Source: Zestosphaera tikiterensis
GTDB lineage: Archaea; Thermoproteota; Thermoprotei_A; Sulfolobales; NBVN01
Reading direction: 5' to 3'
Assembly (NCBI GenBank): GCA_003056265.1
Contig: NBVN01000004.1
Location: 270,001 to 302,000, forward strand
Length of the DNA: 32,000 nucleotides
Under the pieces are notes generated by a model. That model saw only the letters and a program-made list of their open reading frames with translations, made no database searches and was not told the DNA's origin. Shown here one piece after another: positions 15,346 through 23,554 of the stretch. Numbering within the stretch: position 1 is the stretch's first letter; each line of letters opens with the position of its first letter. Made by a program: the position numbers and the translations under genes.

Positions 15346-15612
15346 TTAGTAAGTTCTCTGTAGAGTTATCTCTATGTAGGATACGGCCCTACCCCCCACG
15401 CGTTCAGTCCCTATAGACACGTTAGTTAATTTTAGGTAGTCTCCAAGCCTTCTATGAAGTATGTTATATAGGTCTACAGCCTTAGATATGTTCTCACCTT
15501 TCCCACGAATAACTACCTCCTTAACCCCCTGACTTAAGAAAGTGCTAACTAAAGCTATGTAGTTGCTTAAAGGCTTATTACCTACAGTCACCCTCCTCTG
15601 CTCACTCAACAT
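15346..15612 (-). CDS. albA: Alba family chromatin/RNA-binding protein (Sso10b-like)
   Basis: VGNKPLSNYIALVSTFLSQGVKEVVIRGKGENISKAVDLYNIL matches the Alba signature (iG.KPvmnYv.a....l..g..ev.ikarG.aIskAVD). Confidence 0.9.
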   Translation of the reverse strand: MLSEQRRVTVGNKPLSNYIALVSTFLSQGVKEVVIRGKGENISKAVDLYNILHRRLGDYLKLTNVSIGTERVGGRAVSYIEITLQRTY

Positions 15613-15651
15613 ACATGACCTAATAAGTAATTACGGATGAAGACTATAAAC

Positions 15652-16074
15652 TTAACTACCGCGTTTAAGCCTAACCCACACGACATTCCCAACCTTCTTA
15701 AGCTCTACAACACCCCTACCCTCCAACCTCCTCAACCTTTCAGCTATTACCCTCCTGGAAGCAGTCCCCCTCAACTTCCTCACCCTCCTTGTAAGCTCTG
15801 AAATACTTAACTCAGTGTCTGAAGCGGCTAAAACCTCCACTATAGCTCTGCTTATCGGGTCTTGAGAAGCTAAGTCCTTAAGTAATTCAACAACCTCTCT
15901 AGCTGTTTTAACGGCTTTATGAACTGGTAGGTAGAAACTTAAAGCTAACTCCAACGCGGTTGCGGTCGTGGGGTCGTTTTGAAGGAGTAGTAGCTCCTCC
16001 AACCTCTCAAGTTTTTTCAATATCTCCTCAAGTAACTTCTCAACCCTCTTTAAACTGTCGCTCGGCATAAACAC
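15652..16074 (-). CDS. putative winged-helix transcriptional regulator
   Basis: C-terminal LSISELTRRVRKLRGTASRRVIAERLRRLEGRGVVELKKVGNVVWVRLK looks like an HTH plus beta-wing. The N-terminus is coiled-coil-like. Confidence 0.5.
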   Translation of the reverse strand: MFMPSDSLKRVEKLLEEILKKLERLEELLLLQNDPTTATALELALSFYLPVHKAVKTAREVVELLKDLASQDPISRAIVEVLAASDTELSISELTRRVRKLRGTASRRVIAERLRRLEGRGVVELKKVGNVVWVRLKRGS

Positions 16075-16107
16075 TCAGCTTTAACTTCTTTGAAGGTTTT
16101 ACGTAGG

Positions 16108-16518
16108 TTACTCCTCTTCCTTCTTTTCCTCTTCCTCCTCACCTACTTTAATCTCCGCCCCTTCCTTCGAAGGCTTTACCTTAACGGATTTCCTCCTCCA
16201 CTCACCACTGCTTAGGAAGTCCGTTAAAGTCTTAATGCTTGGTAAGCTCTTCAACCTCTCCTCAAAGAATTTATTAGTCCATTCCTTAGCTGTTTGAGGG
16301 TCTACACCGCTTTCTATTAACGACTTATAGAACGTGCTCACCTCCTTAGCTAGTTTATCCCCGCTAACGCTCTCTACAAACACCTTAAGCAAGTCCTCTA
16401 AAGAAGGTTTAATCTCCTTCAGGAAGTCCGAGACCGCCTTAAGAACTTCACGTAACTCCTCAACGTCTTCCCTCTCCTCCCTCCTCCTCTCTTCAGACGT
16501 GGATATCACCTCCGACAA
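16108..16518 (-). CDS. hypothetical acidic protein (136 aa, Glu/Lys-rich termini)
   Basis: ORF 34 nt upstream of, and co-directional with, 15652-16074. No recognised motif. Confidence 0.5.
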   Translation of the reverse strand: MSEVISTSEERRREEREDVEELREVLKAVSDFLKEIKPSLEDLLKVFVESVSGDKLAKEVSTFYKSLIESGVDPQTAKEWTNKFFEERLKSLPSIKTLTDFLSSGEWRRKSVKVKPSKEGAEIKVGEEEEEKKEEE

Positions 16519-16652
16519 ACAATACGTTGACCTCCTTAATATCCTAACATATGCGGGAGTGTTCAGTTAGTGAGCGATTAGCTCACCCACTAATTAAAGC
16601 TTTCGCTTAATCGCAAAGGTTTATAACGTAACGTTAGAATTTTAAAATGTAG

Positions 16653-17480
16653 TTGGTGATGTGTGTGTTGGTTAAACCTCCCACTCAAGCTGAGGTAGGG
16701 TTGATAGGGGGTAGCGGTCTTTACGATCCGGGAATGTTTGAAGAGGTTAAGGAGTTTAAGATATACACGCCTTACGGCCTCCCATCAGATAACGTCTTCG
16801 TCGGGTTTTATAAGGGGAGGAGGGTTGCGTTCATCCCCAGGCACGGTAGAGGGCATAAAATACCCCCGCACAGGATAAACTTCAGAGCTAATATATGGGC
16901 TTTAAAGTCTTTAGGCGTTAAGTGGGTTGTTGCAGTTTCCGCCGTAGGTTCTTTAAGGGAGGACTACATGCCTGGGGATATAGTTATCCCAGATCAATTT
17001 ATAGACATGACTAAAGGGAGGGTGTATACGTTCTTCGACGGGCCTACGGTGGCTCACGTCAGCATGGCCGACCCGTTCTGCCCTACTTTAAGGGCTTTAG
17101 TAGCTGACGTAGCTAAGTCTTTAAACATTAAACACCACGTTAGGGGGACTTACGTATGTATTGAAGGCCCTAGATTCTCAACTAGGGCTGAGTCTAGGGT
17201 TTGGAAGGAGGTCTTCAAAGCTGATGTGGTTGGGATGACTTTAGTTCCTGAGGTTAACTTAGCTAGGGAGGCTGAACTACATTACGCAACGATAGCTTTA
17301 GTAACTGACTACGACGTTTGGGCTGAGAAGCCCGTAACGGCTGAGGAAGTATCTAAAGTTATGGCTGAAAACGTTGAGAAAGCTAAGAGAATACTTGCTG
17401 AGTTAATACCGAAGATACCTAAGCCTGAGGATAAGGTGGAATGTGCTTGCGAGAGGAGTTTAAAGGATGCTTTAGTGTAA
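16653..17480 (+). CDS. mtnP: S-methyl-5'-thioadenosine phosphorylase (PNP/MTAP family)
   Basis: [41 protein letters not shown] and [30 protein letters not shown] are the MTAP signature blocks. TTTATAA at 16620-16626 predicts a near-leaderless start (TTG 16653 or ATG 16659). Confidence 0.9.
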   Translation: MVMCVLVKPPTQAEVGLIGGSGLYDPGMFEEVKEFKIYTPYGLPSDNVFVGFYKGRRVAFIPRHGRGHKIPPHRINFRANIWALKSLGVKWVVAVSAVGSLREDYMPGDIVIPDQFIDMTKGRVYTFFDGPTVAHVSMADPFCPTLRALVADVAKSLNIKHHVRGTYVCIEGPRFSTRAESRVWKEVFKADVVGMTLVPEVNLAREAELHYATIALVTDYDVWAEKPVTAEEVSKVMAENVEKAKRILAELIPKIPKPEDKVECACERSLKDALV

Positions 17481-18358
17481 AGCTTAAGAAGCTGTTAAGC
17501 GAGGCTCGAAAAGTTTCAAACCTTAAAAACGAGTTAAACCTTTTTAAGGAGTTCATGCTTAACTCACGTAAGTTGATAATGACTTACTCAGGCCCTTACT
17601 CCTCACCAGCTAGGTACGCTACCTTAACCCTCACATCCTTAACTAGTAAGGAGGTTAGGTTTTTAGAGCCTGAGGAGCTCATGTATTACGTAGCTCCATA
17701 CGATGAGGAGCGGGAGGCTGAAGTCGTCATATTCTCAAGCGTTGACGGCTTAACAACTTTAAACCTGCTTGTTGATCAGCTGCTATGGACTAAGCATAAC
17801 CTCCTCGTAATAACTCAGAAAGACTTAACCGATGAACTTAAGTATAAGTTAAGCGGTAGTTTAGTAGTGAATTTAAACACCGACGCGTGGGTTTTAACAA
17901 CCCACTTACTAGTTGGGTTAGCGGTAGCTGAAGTTAGAGCTGAGGGGTTTTTAAGAAGTGATAGGTTACGTAGTGAATTCAGTAACTTAAGTGAGGAGTT
18001 GATTAAAGACTTGATTACCGTGTATGAACCAACCATTAAGGAGTTAAGGAAGTTCCTCGAGAAGCCGGCGTTAGTTACGGCAACCCCCTCCATGTGGGGT
18101 GTTGCTGAAGAACTTACTTACAACCTACCCAACACATACTTAACGAACGTTGACTCGATATTTAAGATGGTTGATAAGCTGAATAGAGTGTTTCTAATAA
18201 CTACTGATGTGGAGGAATTCGCTGTTAAGCCTGTGAAGGCCCTCTCAATAACGCGGAATGCTGAAGTGTTTACTTTAAACATACGTACAGACCCGCTTAC
18301 AGCCCCTATATACGCTTTAATCTTAACTCACTACCTACTAGACCTTATTAACTGTTGA
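17441..18358 (+). CDS. hypothetical protein, possibly double SIS-like fold
   Basis: Long ORF overlapping the MTAP 3' end, so the true start may be downstream (for example the ATG of MLNSRK...). Segments [17 protein letters not shown] and [20 protein letters not shown] are reminiscent of SIS domains; this is weak. Confidence 0.45.
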   Translation: MCLREEFKGCFSVKLKKLLSEARKVSNLKNELNLFKEFMLNSRKLIMTYSGPYSSPARYATLTLTSLTSKEVRFLEPEELMYYVAPYDEEREAEVVIFSSVDGLTTLNLLVDQLLWTKHNLLVITQKDLTDELKYKLSGSLVVNLNTDAWVLTTHLLVGLAVAEVRAEGFLRSDRLRSEFSNLSEELIKDLITVYEPTIKELRKFLEKPALVTATPSMWGVAEELTYNLPNTYLTNVDSIFKMVDKLNRVFLITTDVEEFAVKPVKALSITRNAEVFTLNIRTDPLTAPIYALILTHYLLDLINC

Positions 18359-18372
18359 TTTAGGTGGTTTAA

Positions 18373-19107
18373 ATGAAACCCGTAAGTAAGGAAGCGGTTT
18401 TCGTTATGGGGGCTTCGGGGAAGTTAGGTAAGCGGGTTTCAGTAGCTTTAGCTAGTGATTACGAGTTAATACTTCAATGTAATAGGAGATGTGTTGAGTT
18501 AAGTAAGTATTTAAGGGAGAACTTAAGTGTTGAGCTACTTAATAATGTGCATATAGTACGGCATGACTTCCTTAAGGAAGGTGTTTCCTCGCTAACAAGT
18601 AAAATCTTTGAAGTCGTTAACGAACTTAAAGCTGCGGTTTTAATACATCCTGTCTTTAATCAAACACCAACGCATGAGTTAAGAGATGAGGTTGTTGAGA
18701 AGGTGGTTAAGCTTAACTTAATCACACCGCTCCTAATTCTGAAGGAGTTGCTGAAGTTTATGAGGGGAGGGGATTCCATAGTGGTTTTCCTAACTGATTT
18801 AACACCTATTAAAGGTTCTAAAGCTTACTTAGGTTTAAAGCCTTCACTACCTAACATAGCCTCGGTTGCTGGGATACATGCGGTAATTAAAAACTCAGTT
18901 AACTACGTCCCTGAAAACGTTAGGGTTGTGGGCCTAGCTTTAAATTGGGTGGATACTGAAGCGTTAACTCCAGACCTTAGGAAGGCGTTAAGTGATGCTG
19001 GGGTTAAGCTTATAAACCCCAACGACTTAGCGGGCTTCATCAAGCAGTTGATTAGAAACTCCCCCAGAGAGTTGAGGAGTGTTGTGATAGAGTTTGGTTG
19101 TGTTTAA
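18373..19107 (+). CDS. short-chain dehydrogenase/reductase-like protein
   Basis: N-terminal Rossmann motif VFVMGASGKLGKRV and a Ser...YxxxK arrangement (GSKAYLGLKPS). Confidence 0.6.
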   Translation: MKPVSKEAVFVMGASGKLGKRVSVALASDYELILQCNRRCVELSKYLRENLSVELLNNVHIVRHDFLKEGVSSLTSKIFEVVNELKAAVLIHPVFNQTPTHELRDEVVEKVVKLNLITPLLILKELLKFMRGGDSIVVFLTDLTPIKGSKAYLGLKPSLPNIASVAGIHAVIKNSVNYVPENVRVVGLALNWVDTEALTPDLRKALSDAGVKLINPNDLAGFIKQLIRNSPRELRSVVIEFGCV

Positions 19108-19113
19108 ATATTT

Positions 19114-19866
19114 TCAACCCACTATGTAGTTGCTTAAGTACTCCAGCTGAGGTAGTTCGAAAACCCCTAAATCCTCGTCTATTATGTAGGGTTTAATCCT
19201 ACGTATTAACGCGTGTTTCTTAAGGATGGGGGATATGTAGGTCTCGCTGTTTAACGTTATCCTAGAACCTGTTTGGTAGGCTCCCACAGCAGGTAACGTT
19301 ACGAATTCCCTCCCATCACTTAACTCGCCGACTAGGTAGCATGGGAACTTACCTAACTTACCTAAGCTATCTCTTAAGCTTATGCTTGGGTGTTCATGAC
19401 CGAATATTAAATACCTCCACCCACTGAATTCCTCGACCACGTCTTTATGGCCGTGTATTATTAAATACTCGCCTAGGGGTAAAGCCTCCGTAAACTTAAA
19501 CATATACCTCCTCTGAAGCGTTGGTAGGTAGTTATCGTGGTTTCCCCTAACCACAACAACCTCATCTACTTTAGGTAGCACGTATGTGAAGAACTTAATC
19601 AACTCAGCTTTCTCAACCTTCCCTAAACCGCTGAAGCTATGTTTTAAATCACCCGCTATAACCAACTTCGAGACATCTACGGCGTTAAACGCCTCCTCAA
19701 GCACTTTCTTAACGTGGTTTAATTGAAACCTAGGTACGTAAACCCCAGCGTTAGCTAACTCCTCCTCATAACCTAAATGCACGTCAGCTAGGACTAAAGC
19801 CTTAAAACTACGTAAGTAAACCACGGGAAGGAAGTCAACGACCTCAACACCCTTCAACAACTCCAT
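19114..19866 (-). CDS. calcineurin-like metallophosphoesterase (archaeal SbcD/Mre11-related)
   Basis: All metallophosphoesterase motifs are present in order: LADVHLG, AGDLKH, VRGNHDN, IHGH, GHEHP. Confidence 0.85.
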   Translation of the reverse strand: MELLKGVEVVDFLPVVYLRSFKALVLADVHLGYEEELANAGVYVPRFQLNHVKKVLEEAFNAVDVSKLVIAGDLKHSFSGLGKVEKAELIKFFTYVLPKVDEVVVVRGNHDNYLPTLQRRYMFKFTEALPLGEYLIIHGHKDVVEEFSGWRYLIFGHEHPSISLRDSLGKLGKFPCYLVGELSDGREFVTLPAVGAYQTGSRITLNSETYISPILKKHALIRRIKPYIIDEDLGVFELPQLEYLSNYIVG

Positions 19867-19920
19867 CCAACATCAAAACCTTAAAAACTAAGGAGCTAAT
19901 ATCTCTTGCAGAGCTAGTCC

Positions 19921-19969
19921 GTGATGAAACTTACAAGGGTTGATTGATGATATAAGAACCCGCGTCTGA
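19921..19969 (+). ncRNA. candidate C/D box sRNA
   Basis: GUGAUGA (19921-19927), 12 nt, UUGA (D'-like, 19940-19943), UUGAUGA (C'-like, 19944-19950), 15 nt, CUGA (19966-19969). Total 49 nt, the typical archaeal size. Weaknesses: no D'-C' spacer, a 15-nt second guide, and no terminal stem. Confidence 0.4.
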
Positions 19970-20073
19970 AAACACGTGAAGCTAAAGCAACATACGTCAC
20001 CTCACCTCTTGCTTGAGGCTCCGCTTTTTAAGGCGGGTGAATGTTTATAAGTTTTTCTTGTTTAATGTTTTTT

Positions 20074-20250
20074 GTGTTGGGTGTGGGCAACCGTAGCTTG
20101 GGATGAGACCCACACCTTCCCGGAGCTGACGGCGGGAACTGATAGATGATGCACCCTCGGTGAGGGGCTCCAGAAAGGTGATGGAAGCCCTAGGGGGAGA
20201 ACCCCTGTTAAAAACAACAGGGGCCGTCAGCTCGAACAACGCTTCCAAAC
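20074..20250 (+). ncRNA. GC-rich structured RNA candidate R1 (family unassigned)
   Basis: A sharp GC-rich island in AT-rich DNA. TTTATAA at 20044-20050 predicts a TSS near 20074. Helices: 20080-20087/20109-20116 (8 bp), 20123-20133/20223-20233 (11 bp, perfect) and 20202-20209/20216-20223. A hairpin at 20165-20190 has a GA...GA (K-loop-like) loop. Ends at a U-run near 20247. The overlapping ORF (20045-20248, minus strand) gives a low-complexity translation. Confidence 0.45.
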
Positions 20251-20358
20251 ACTACGATTTTAGCGTCGTTTAAACGTCTCCTAACCTCCTTAAGTATGAG
20301 TTCAGCGTACTTACGCCCTCCGAAACAGTTAAATATTTGGTAGGTAATTATAGTTCTT

Positions 20359-20604
20359 GGTGGTTAGATCTCACCTCGGATGTGGAGGGGTGGTAAAGCT
20401 CCGAAGGAGGTGGGTGTGAAGCCCTAGGCTTAAGATGTGTGGCTTTCCCTAAAGCTCGAGCGTCCCCCACGTGTGGTGATTGAGGTGATCCCTCGGTGGG
20501 GAACGCGGATGAGGGCTTTAGGTGGGGTTGCCACGAATGGGGGTGAGGGCTATGATAAGCCACCGATGAACTCAAGAGGGTGGCCGAACCTAATGAACCC
20601 CAAA
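20359..20604 (+). ncRNA. GC-rich structured RNA candidate R2 (family unassigned; strand tentative)
   Basis: Second GC-rich island. TTAAATAT at 20329-20336 predicts a TSS near 20359. Nested helices: 20439-20445/20557-20563; 20448-20457/20513-20522 (10 bp, one G-U on the plus strand); 20460-20470/20496-20506; a hairpin 20482-20485/20491-20494 that extends with U-G pairs on the plus strand; and a hairpin 20419-20431. Wobble pairs favour the plus strand 4 to 1. Confidence 0.45.
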
Positions 20605-20670
20605 GCCTACATAGGCATACAAATGCCTATATAGGCTGAACCCCAGTTTAGGAAGTACTCCTCCCTACGC

Positions 20671-21060
20671 TTAACGTATTCCAACCTCATTAAGGACCAC
20701 CGTAGCAACTTCATAAAGTCCTTTAACCACGTCTTCACCGTAGGTTCTGGGTAAGTACCTCGCACTTATGTATGCGTCGTTCATAACTTCCACAGCATAT
20801 TTATGTTTTTCATATAGAAGCCATAGGTTAGGTTTAACTTGCTTAACCTCCTCGAATAACTCTCTTAAATTACGTGTGTGTGGGTAATGACCTAACTCCA
20901 CAGCTAGTACGTACTTTAAAGCCAGCTGAACTGCTTGCTCACAATGAAACGCTGCTAACTCATACATACCGGATTTTAAATCGTCTTCAACAGCATGTAG
21001 AAAGTCCAGCGCACGTTGTTTAAGTGCTTCAACGTCCTTTCTAGACATCCTACGCACCAA
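20671..21060 (-). CDS. HEPN domain protein (solitary; no adjacent nucleotidyltransferase gene)
   Basis: The 129-aa helical protein fits the HEPN (PF05168-type) pattern: ALDFLHAVEDDLKSGMYELAAFHCEQAVQLALKYVL...HYPHTRNLRELF...DAYISARY. Confidence 0.7.
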   Translation of the reverse strand: MVRRMSRKDVEALKQRALDFLHAVEDDLKSGMYELAAFHCEQAVQLALKYVLAVELGHYPHTRNLRELFEEVKQVKPNLWLLYEKHKYAVEVMNDAYISARYLPRTYGEDVVKGLYEVATVVLNEVGIR

Positions 21061-21160
21061 TAACTAATTCTTTAAAAAGTTAATAATGGATAGGATGGTG
21101 GAGTACCTGTTTTTAAGTATTTAAATACCCTTACCTATTCTTTTTAAGGGATTCGGTAAG

Positions 21161-21730
21161 TTGGAGGTTAAGCCCGTAATTAAAATTGAGAATATAGTGG
21201 CTACGGTGACCTTAGATCAGAACTTAGACCTTCACGCCATCGCTAAGTCGGTAGCTAACATTGAATACGATCCTGAAGAGTTTCCAGGCCTGATTTACAG
21301 GCTTAGTAAGCCTAGGTTAACCGCCTTAATATTCAACTCAGGTAAGATGGTGGTTACGGGGGCTAAAAGCACTGCTCAACTTATCGACGGTTTTAAAAAG
21401 ATCATTAGAAGCTTCACTAAACATGGGATAATAATCGTTGGGAAGCCTAAAATCCAGATTCAGAATATAGTTGCTTCAGCTAACTTAGGTGTTGAAGTAG
21501 ATTTGGAGAAGGCGGCGTTCCTACTGAAGAACGTTATGTACGAACCCGAGCAGTTCCCCGGCTTAATACATAGGATGGACGAACCTAAGGTAGTGTTGTT
21601 AATATTCAGTAGTGGTAAGATGGTCATTACAGGAGCTAAAAGTGAGGAGGACGTGAATTCAGCCGTATACAACATATTCAACCAACTTAAAGAGCTTGAA
21701 TGCGTTAGGGAAATAACGACAACGTTTTAA
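21161..21730 (+). CDS. tbp: TATA-box binding protein
   Basis: Two direct repeats: [20 protein letters not shown]...[14 protein letters not shown]...[16 protein letters not shown] and [20 protein letters not shown]...[13 protein letters not shown]...[16 protein letters not shown]. Confidence 0.95.
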   Translation: MEVKPVIKIENIVATVTLDQNLDLHAIAKSVANIEYDPEEFPGLIYRLSKPRLTALIFNSGKMVVTGAKSTAQLIDGFKKIIRSFTKHGIIIVGKPKIQIQNIVASANLGVEVDLEKAAFLLKNVMYEPEQFPGLIHRMDEPKVVLLIFSSGKMVITGAKSEEDVNSAVYNIFNQLKELECVREITTTF

Positions 21731-21951
21731 AACCTGAAGTTAAACCTTTTTAAACTTACATAATCGAATCTTCTTAGTTAAGCTTGCTTATGTTGATGTA
21801 GGAGGTGTTTTCAGAGTGAACTGCGGTCTTCATCCCTTTAGAGTCTTAGGCTGCCCACCTCATCATTCAATATGTGTTACTTATCAAAGCTAAAAAGCTG
21901 GTTGGGTTTAAACCTAAAAGAATTTAAAAAGTATTCGATAATATTCTTAGG

Positions 21952-22929
21952 GTGTGTTTAGTGTCTGGGGCTGGTGACGTTCTTGAAGTTCGTGATTTGA
22001 AAGTATATTACTACACGTTAACAGGGGTTGTGAAAGCCGTTGATGAAGTTTCATTAAACGTTAAGGAGGCTGAGGTCTTAGGTATTGCCGGTGAGTCCGG
22101 ATGCGGTAAGTCAACCTTAGGCTATGCTTTACTAGGTCTCATACCCCCTCCCGGACGTATTGCTGGAGGTAGTGTGGTTTTAGACGGTACGGACTTAACT
22201 AAGTTAAGTGAGGGTGAGTTAAGGAAGATTAGATGGAGTAAAGTGAGTATGATCTTCCAAGGAGCTATGAACGTTTTAAACCCTGTTTACACGGTAGGGC
22301 ATCAGATGAGTGAGCCTTTAATCATTCATAAAGGCTACACACAGAAAGAAGCTCTTAACGTAGTTTCAGAAGCTTTAAAGCAGGTAGGTTTAAACCCCGA
22401 GATCGTTAAGAGATACCCGCATGAGTTAAGCGGTGGTATGAAGCAGAGGGTTGTGATAGCTATGGCTTTACTGCTGAAGCCTAAGCTAGTTATTGCGGAC
22501 GAACCAACAACAGCTTTAGACGTCGTCATTCAAGCGCAGATAATAAACCTACTTAAGAAGATAAAGCAGGAGGAGAAAACCTCAATGATCTTCATAACCC
22601 ACGACTTAAGCTTAATATCCGAGATCGCCGATAAAGTAGCTGTAATGTACGCGGGGAAGATAGCTGAGGTAGGGCCTTCGGAAGAGATATTCTACAACCC
22701 GCAACACCCCTACACTCAAGGACTGCTTAAAAGCATACCTAGATTAAGATCTAAAGAAAAGATAACTTGGATACCTGGAGTACCTCCAGACTTAAGAAGA
22801 CCACCACCAGGCTGTAGGTTCTACCCAAGATGCCCATACGCGATGGATATATGCAGGCGTGAAGAACCAAAACCAATTAAAGTTGGAGACCAACACTACG
22901 TAGCTTGCTGGCTACATGCTAAGAGTTAA
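21952..22929 (+). CDS. ABC transporter ATP-binding protein, DppD/OppD type
   Basis: Walker A GESGCGKST, signature LSGGMKQR, Walker B LVIADEPTTALD, and the oligopeptide-transporter C-terminal tail with PQHPYTQGLL and Cys motif GCRFYPRCPYAMDIC...HYVACWLH. Confidence 0.9.
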   Translation: MCLVSGAGDVLEVRDLKVYYYTLTGVVKAVDEVSLNVKEAEVLGIAGESGCGKSTLGYALLGLIPPPGRIAGGSVVLDGTDLTKLSEGELRKIRWSKVSMIFQGAMNVLNPVYTVGHQMSEPLIIHKGYTQKEALNVVSEALKQVGLNPEIVKRYPHELSGGMKQRVVIAMALLLKPKLVIADEPTTALDVVIQAQIINLLKKIKQEEKTSMIFITHDLSLISEIADKVAVMYAGKIAEVGPSEEIFYNPQHPYTQGLLKSIPRLRSKEKITWIPGVPPDLRRPPPGCRFYPRCPYAMDICRREEPKPIKVGDQHYVACWLHAKS

Positions 22930-22979
22930 GTAAAAATCTTTTACCTAGCACGAATTAAAATAAACCTACTCCCCACTCG

Positions 22980-23477
22980 TTAGCTGGTGATTCGCTTCCT
23001 AACCTTACCGATTACTTGATGTAGAGCCGTGTATATAAGGATGGAAGACCCAGCAATCCAAGACACTATGATGGGTAGGACTAAATAGTCTCTATACTTA
23101 TGTAAAGCAGCTTTCAAACAAACGTTTAAGGAGACGTAATCATCAGCTTTAAACACTATATGGAAAACGCTACTTCCGTTTATCATCAACTCATACTCCC
23201 TATCTCTAACTACTTCGTAGAAGGTAGTGTTAGGGCTTACGTAAACTAACACTACGTAGGAATTCCCTACCTCCTTAACTACGTCTATAGTTAAGCGTTC
23301 GTAAGAATATTCAGTAAGTTCCGTATAGTTAAAGGTGGAGATCGTGAACTCCTCACCACCGCTTAAGCGAACTTCAACACAACGCTTAAAATCAAGTGTT
23401 TCAGGCTGGAAAGCTATAACAGTTAAAATAAGCGATAAAACCAACACGAACACACCGACAACAGCGGCAGCCTTCAA
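22980..23477 (-). CDS. hypothetical membrane protein (TM helix at each end)
   Basis: 165 aa. N-terminal AAVVGVFVLVLSLILTVIAF and C-terminal LVLPIIVSWIAGSSILIYTAL hydrophobic helices flank a beta-rich domain. Antisense insert between the ABC ATPase gene and the binding-protein gene. Confidence 0.5.
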   Translation of the reverse strand: MKAAAVVGVFVLVLSLILTVIAFQPETLDFKRCVEVRLSGGEEFTISTFNYTELTEYSYERLTIDVVKEVGNSYVVLVYVSPNTTFYEVVRDREYELMINGSSVFHIVFKADDYVSLNVCLKAALHKYRDYLVLPIIVSWIAGSSILIYTALHQVIGKVRKRITS

Positions 23478-23554
23478 ATTCTTTAAAACCCTAAATAACT
23501 GCGATTTAAAACTTTATAAAACCTCAAACAATAATTATTACTTGAGGTGTGTAT

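Noticed and set aside
20437-20563. RNase P RNA: the minus strand shows GGGAAAGCCAC (P4 5'-strand-like) and GGUGGCUUAUCA (CR-V-like), which can pair with each other
   Set aside because: On the minus strand the CR-V-like element comes before the CR-I-like element, which is the wrong order. The universally conserved bulged U of GGAAAGUCC is absent, and G-U pairs elsewhere favour the plus strand. A permuted gene would be extraordinary and is not supported by anything else I can see.
20074-20604. SRP (7S) RNA
   Set aside because: Neither strand contains the conserved helix-8 GGAGCA/AGCA loop motif or a recognisable Alu-domain UGUAA-type motif. R1 and R2 are each shorter than an archaeal SRP RNA.
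20045-20634. ORFs 20045-20248(-), 20348-20575(-) and 20437-20634(+) as protein genes, including a search for an MNT partner of HEPN
   Set aside because: The translations are Pro/His/Ser/Gly-rich and low-complexity, which is typical of GC-rich RNA genes read as protein. There is no nucleotidyltransferase GS...DxD motif, and they overlap each other on both strands.
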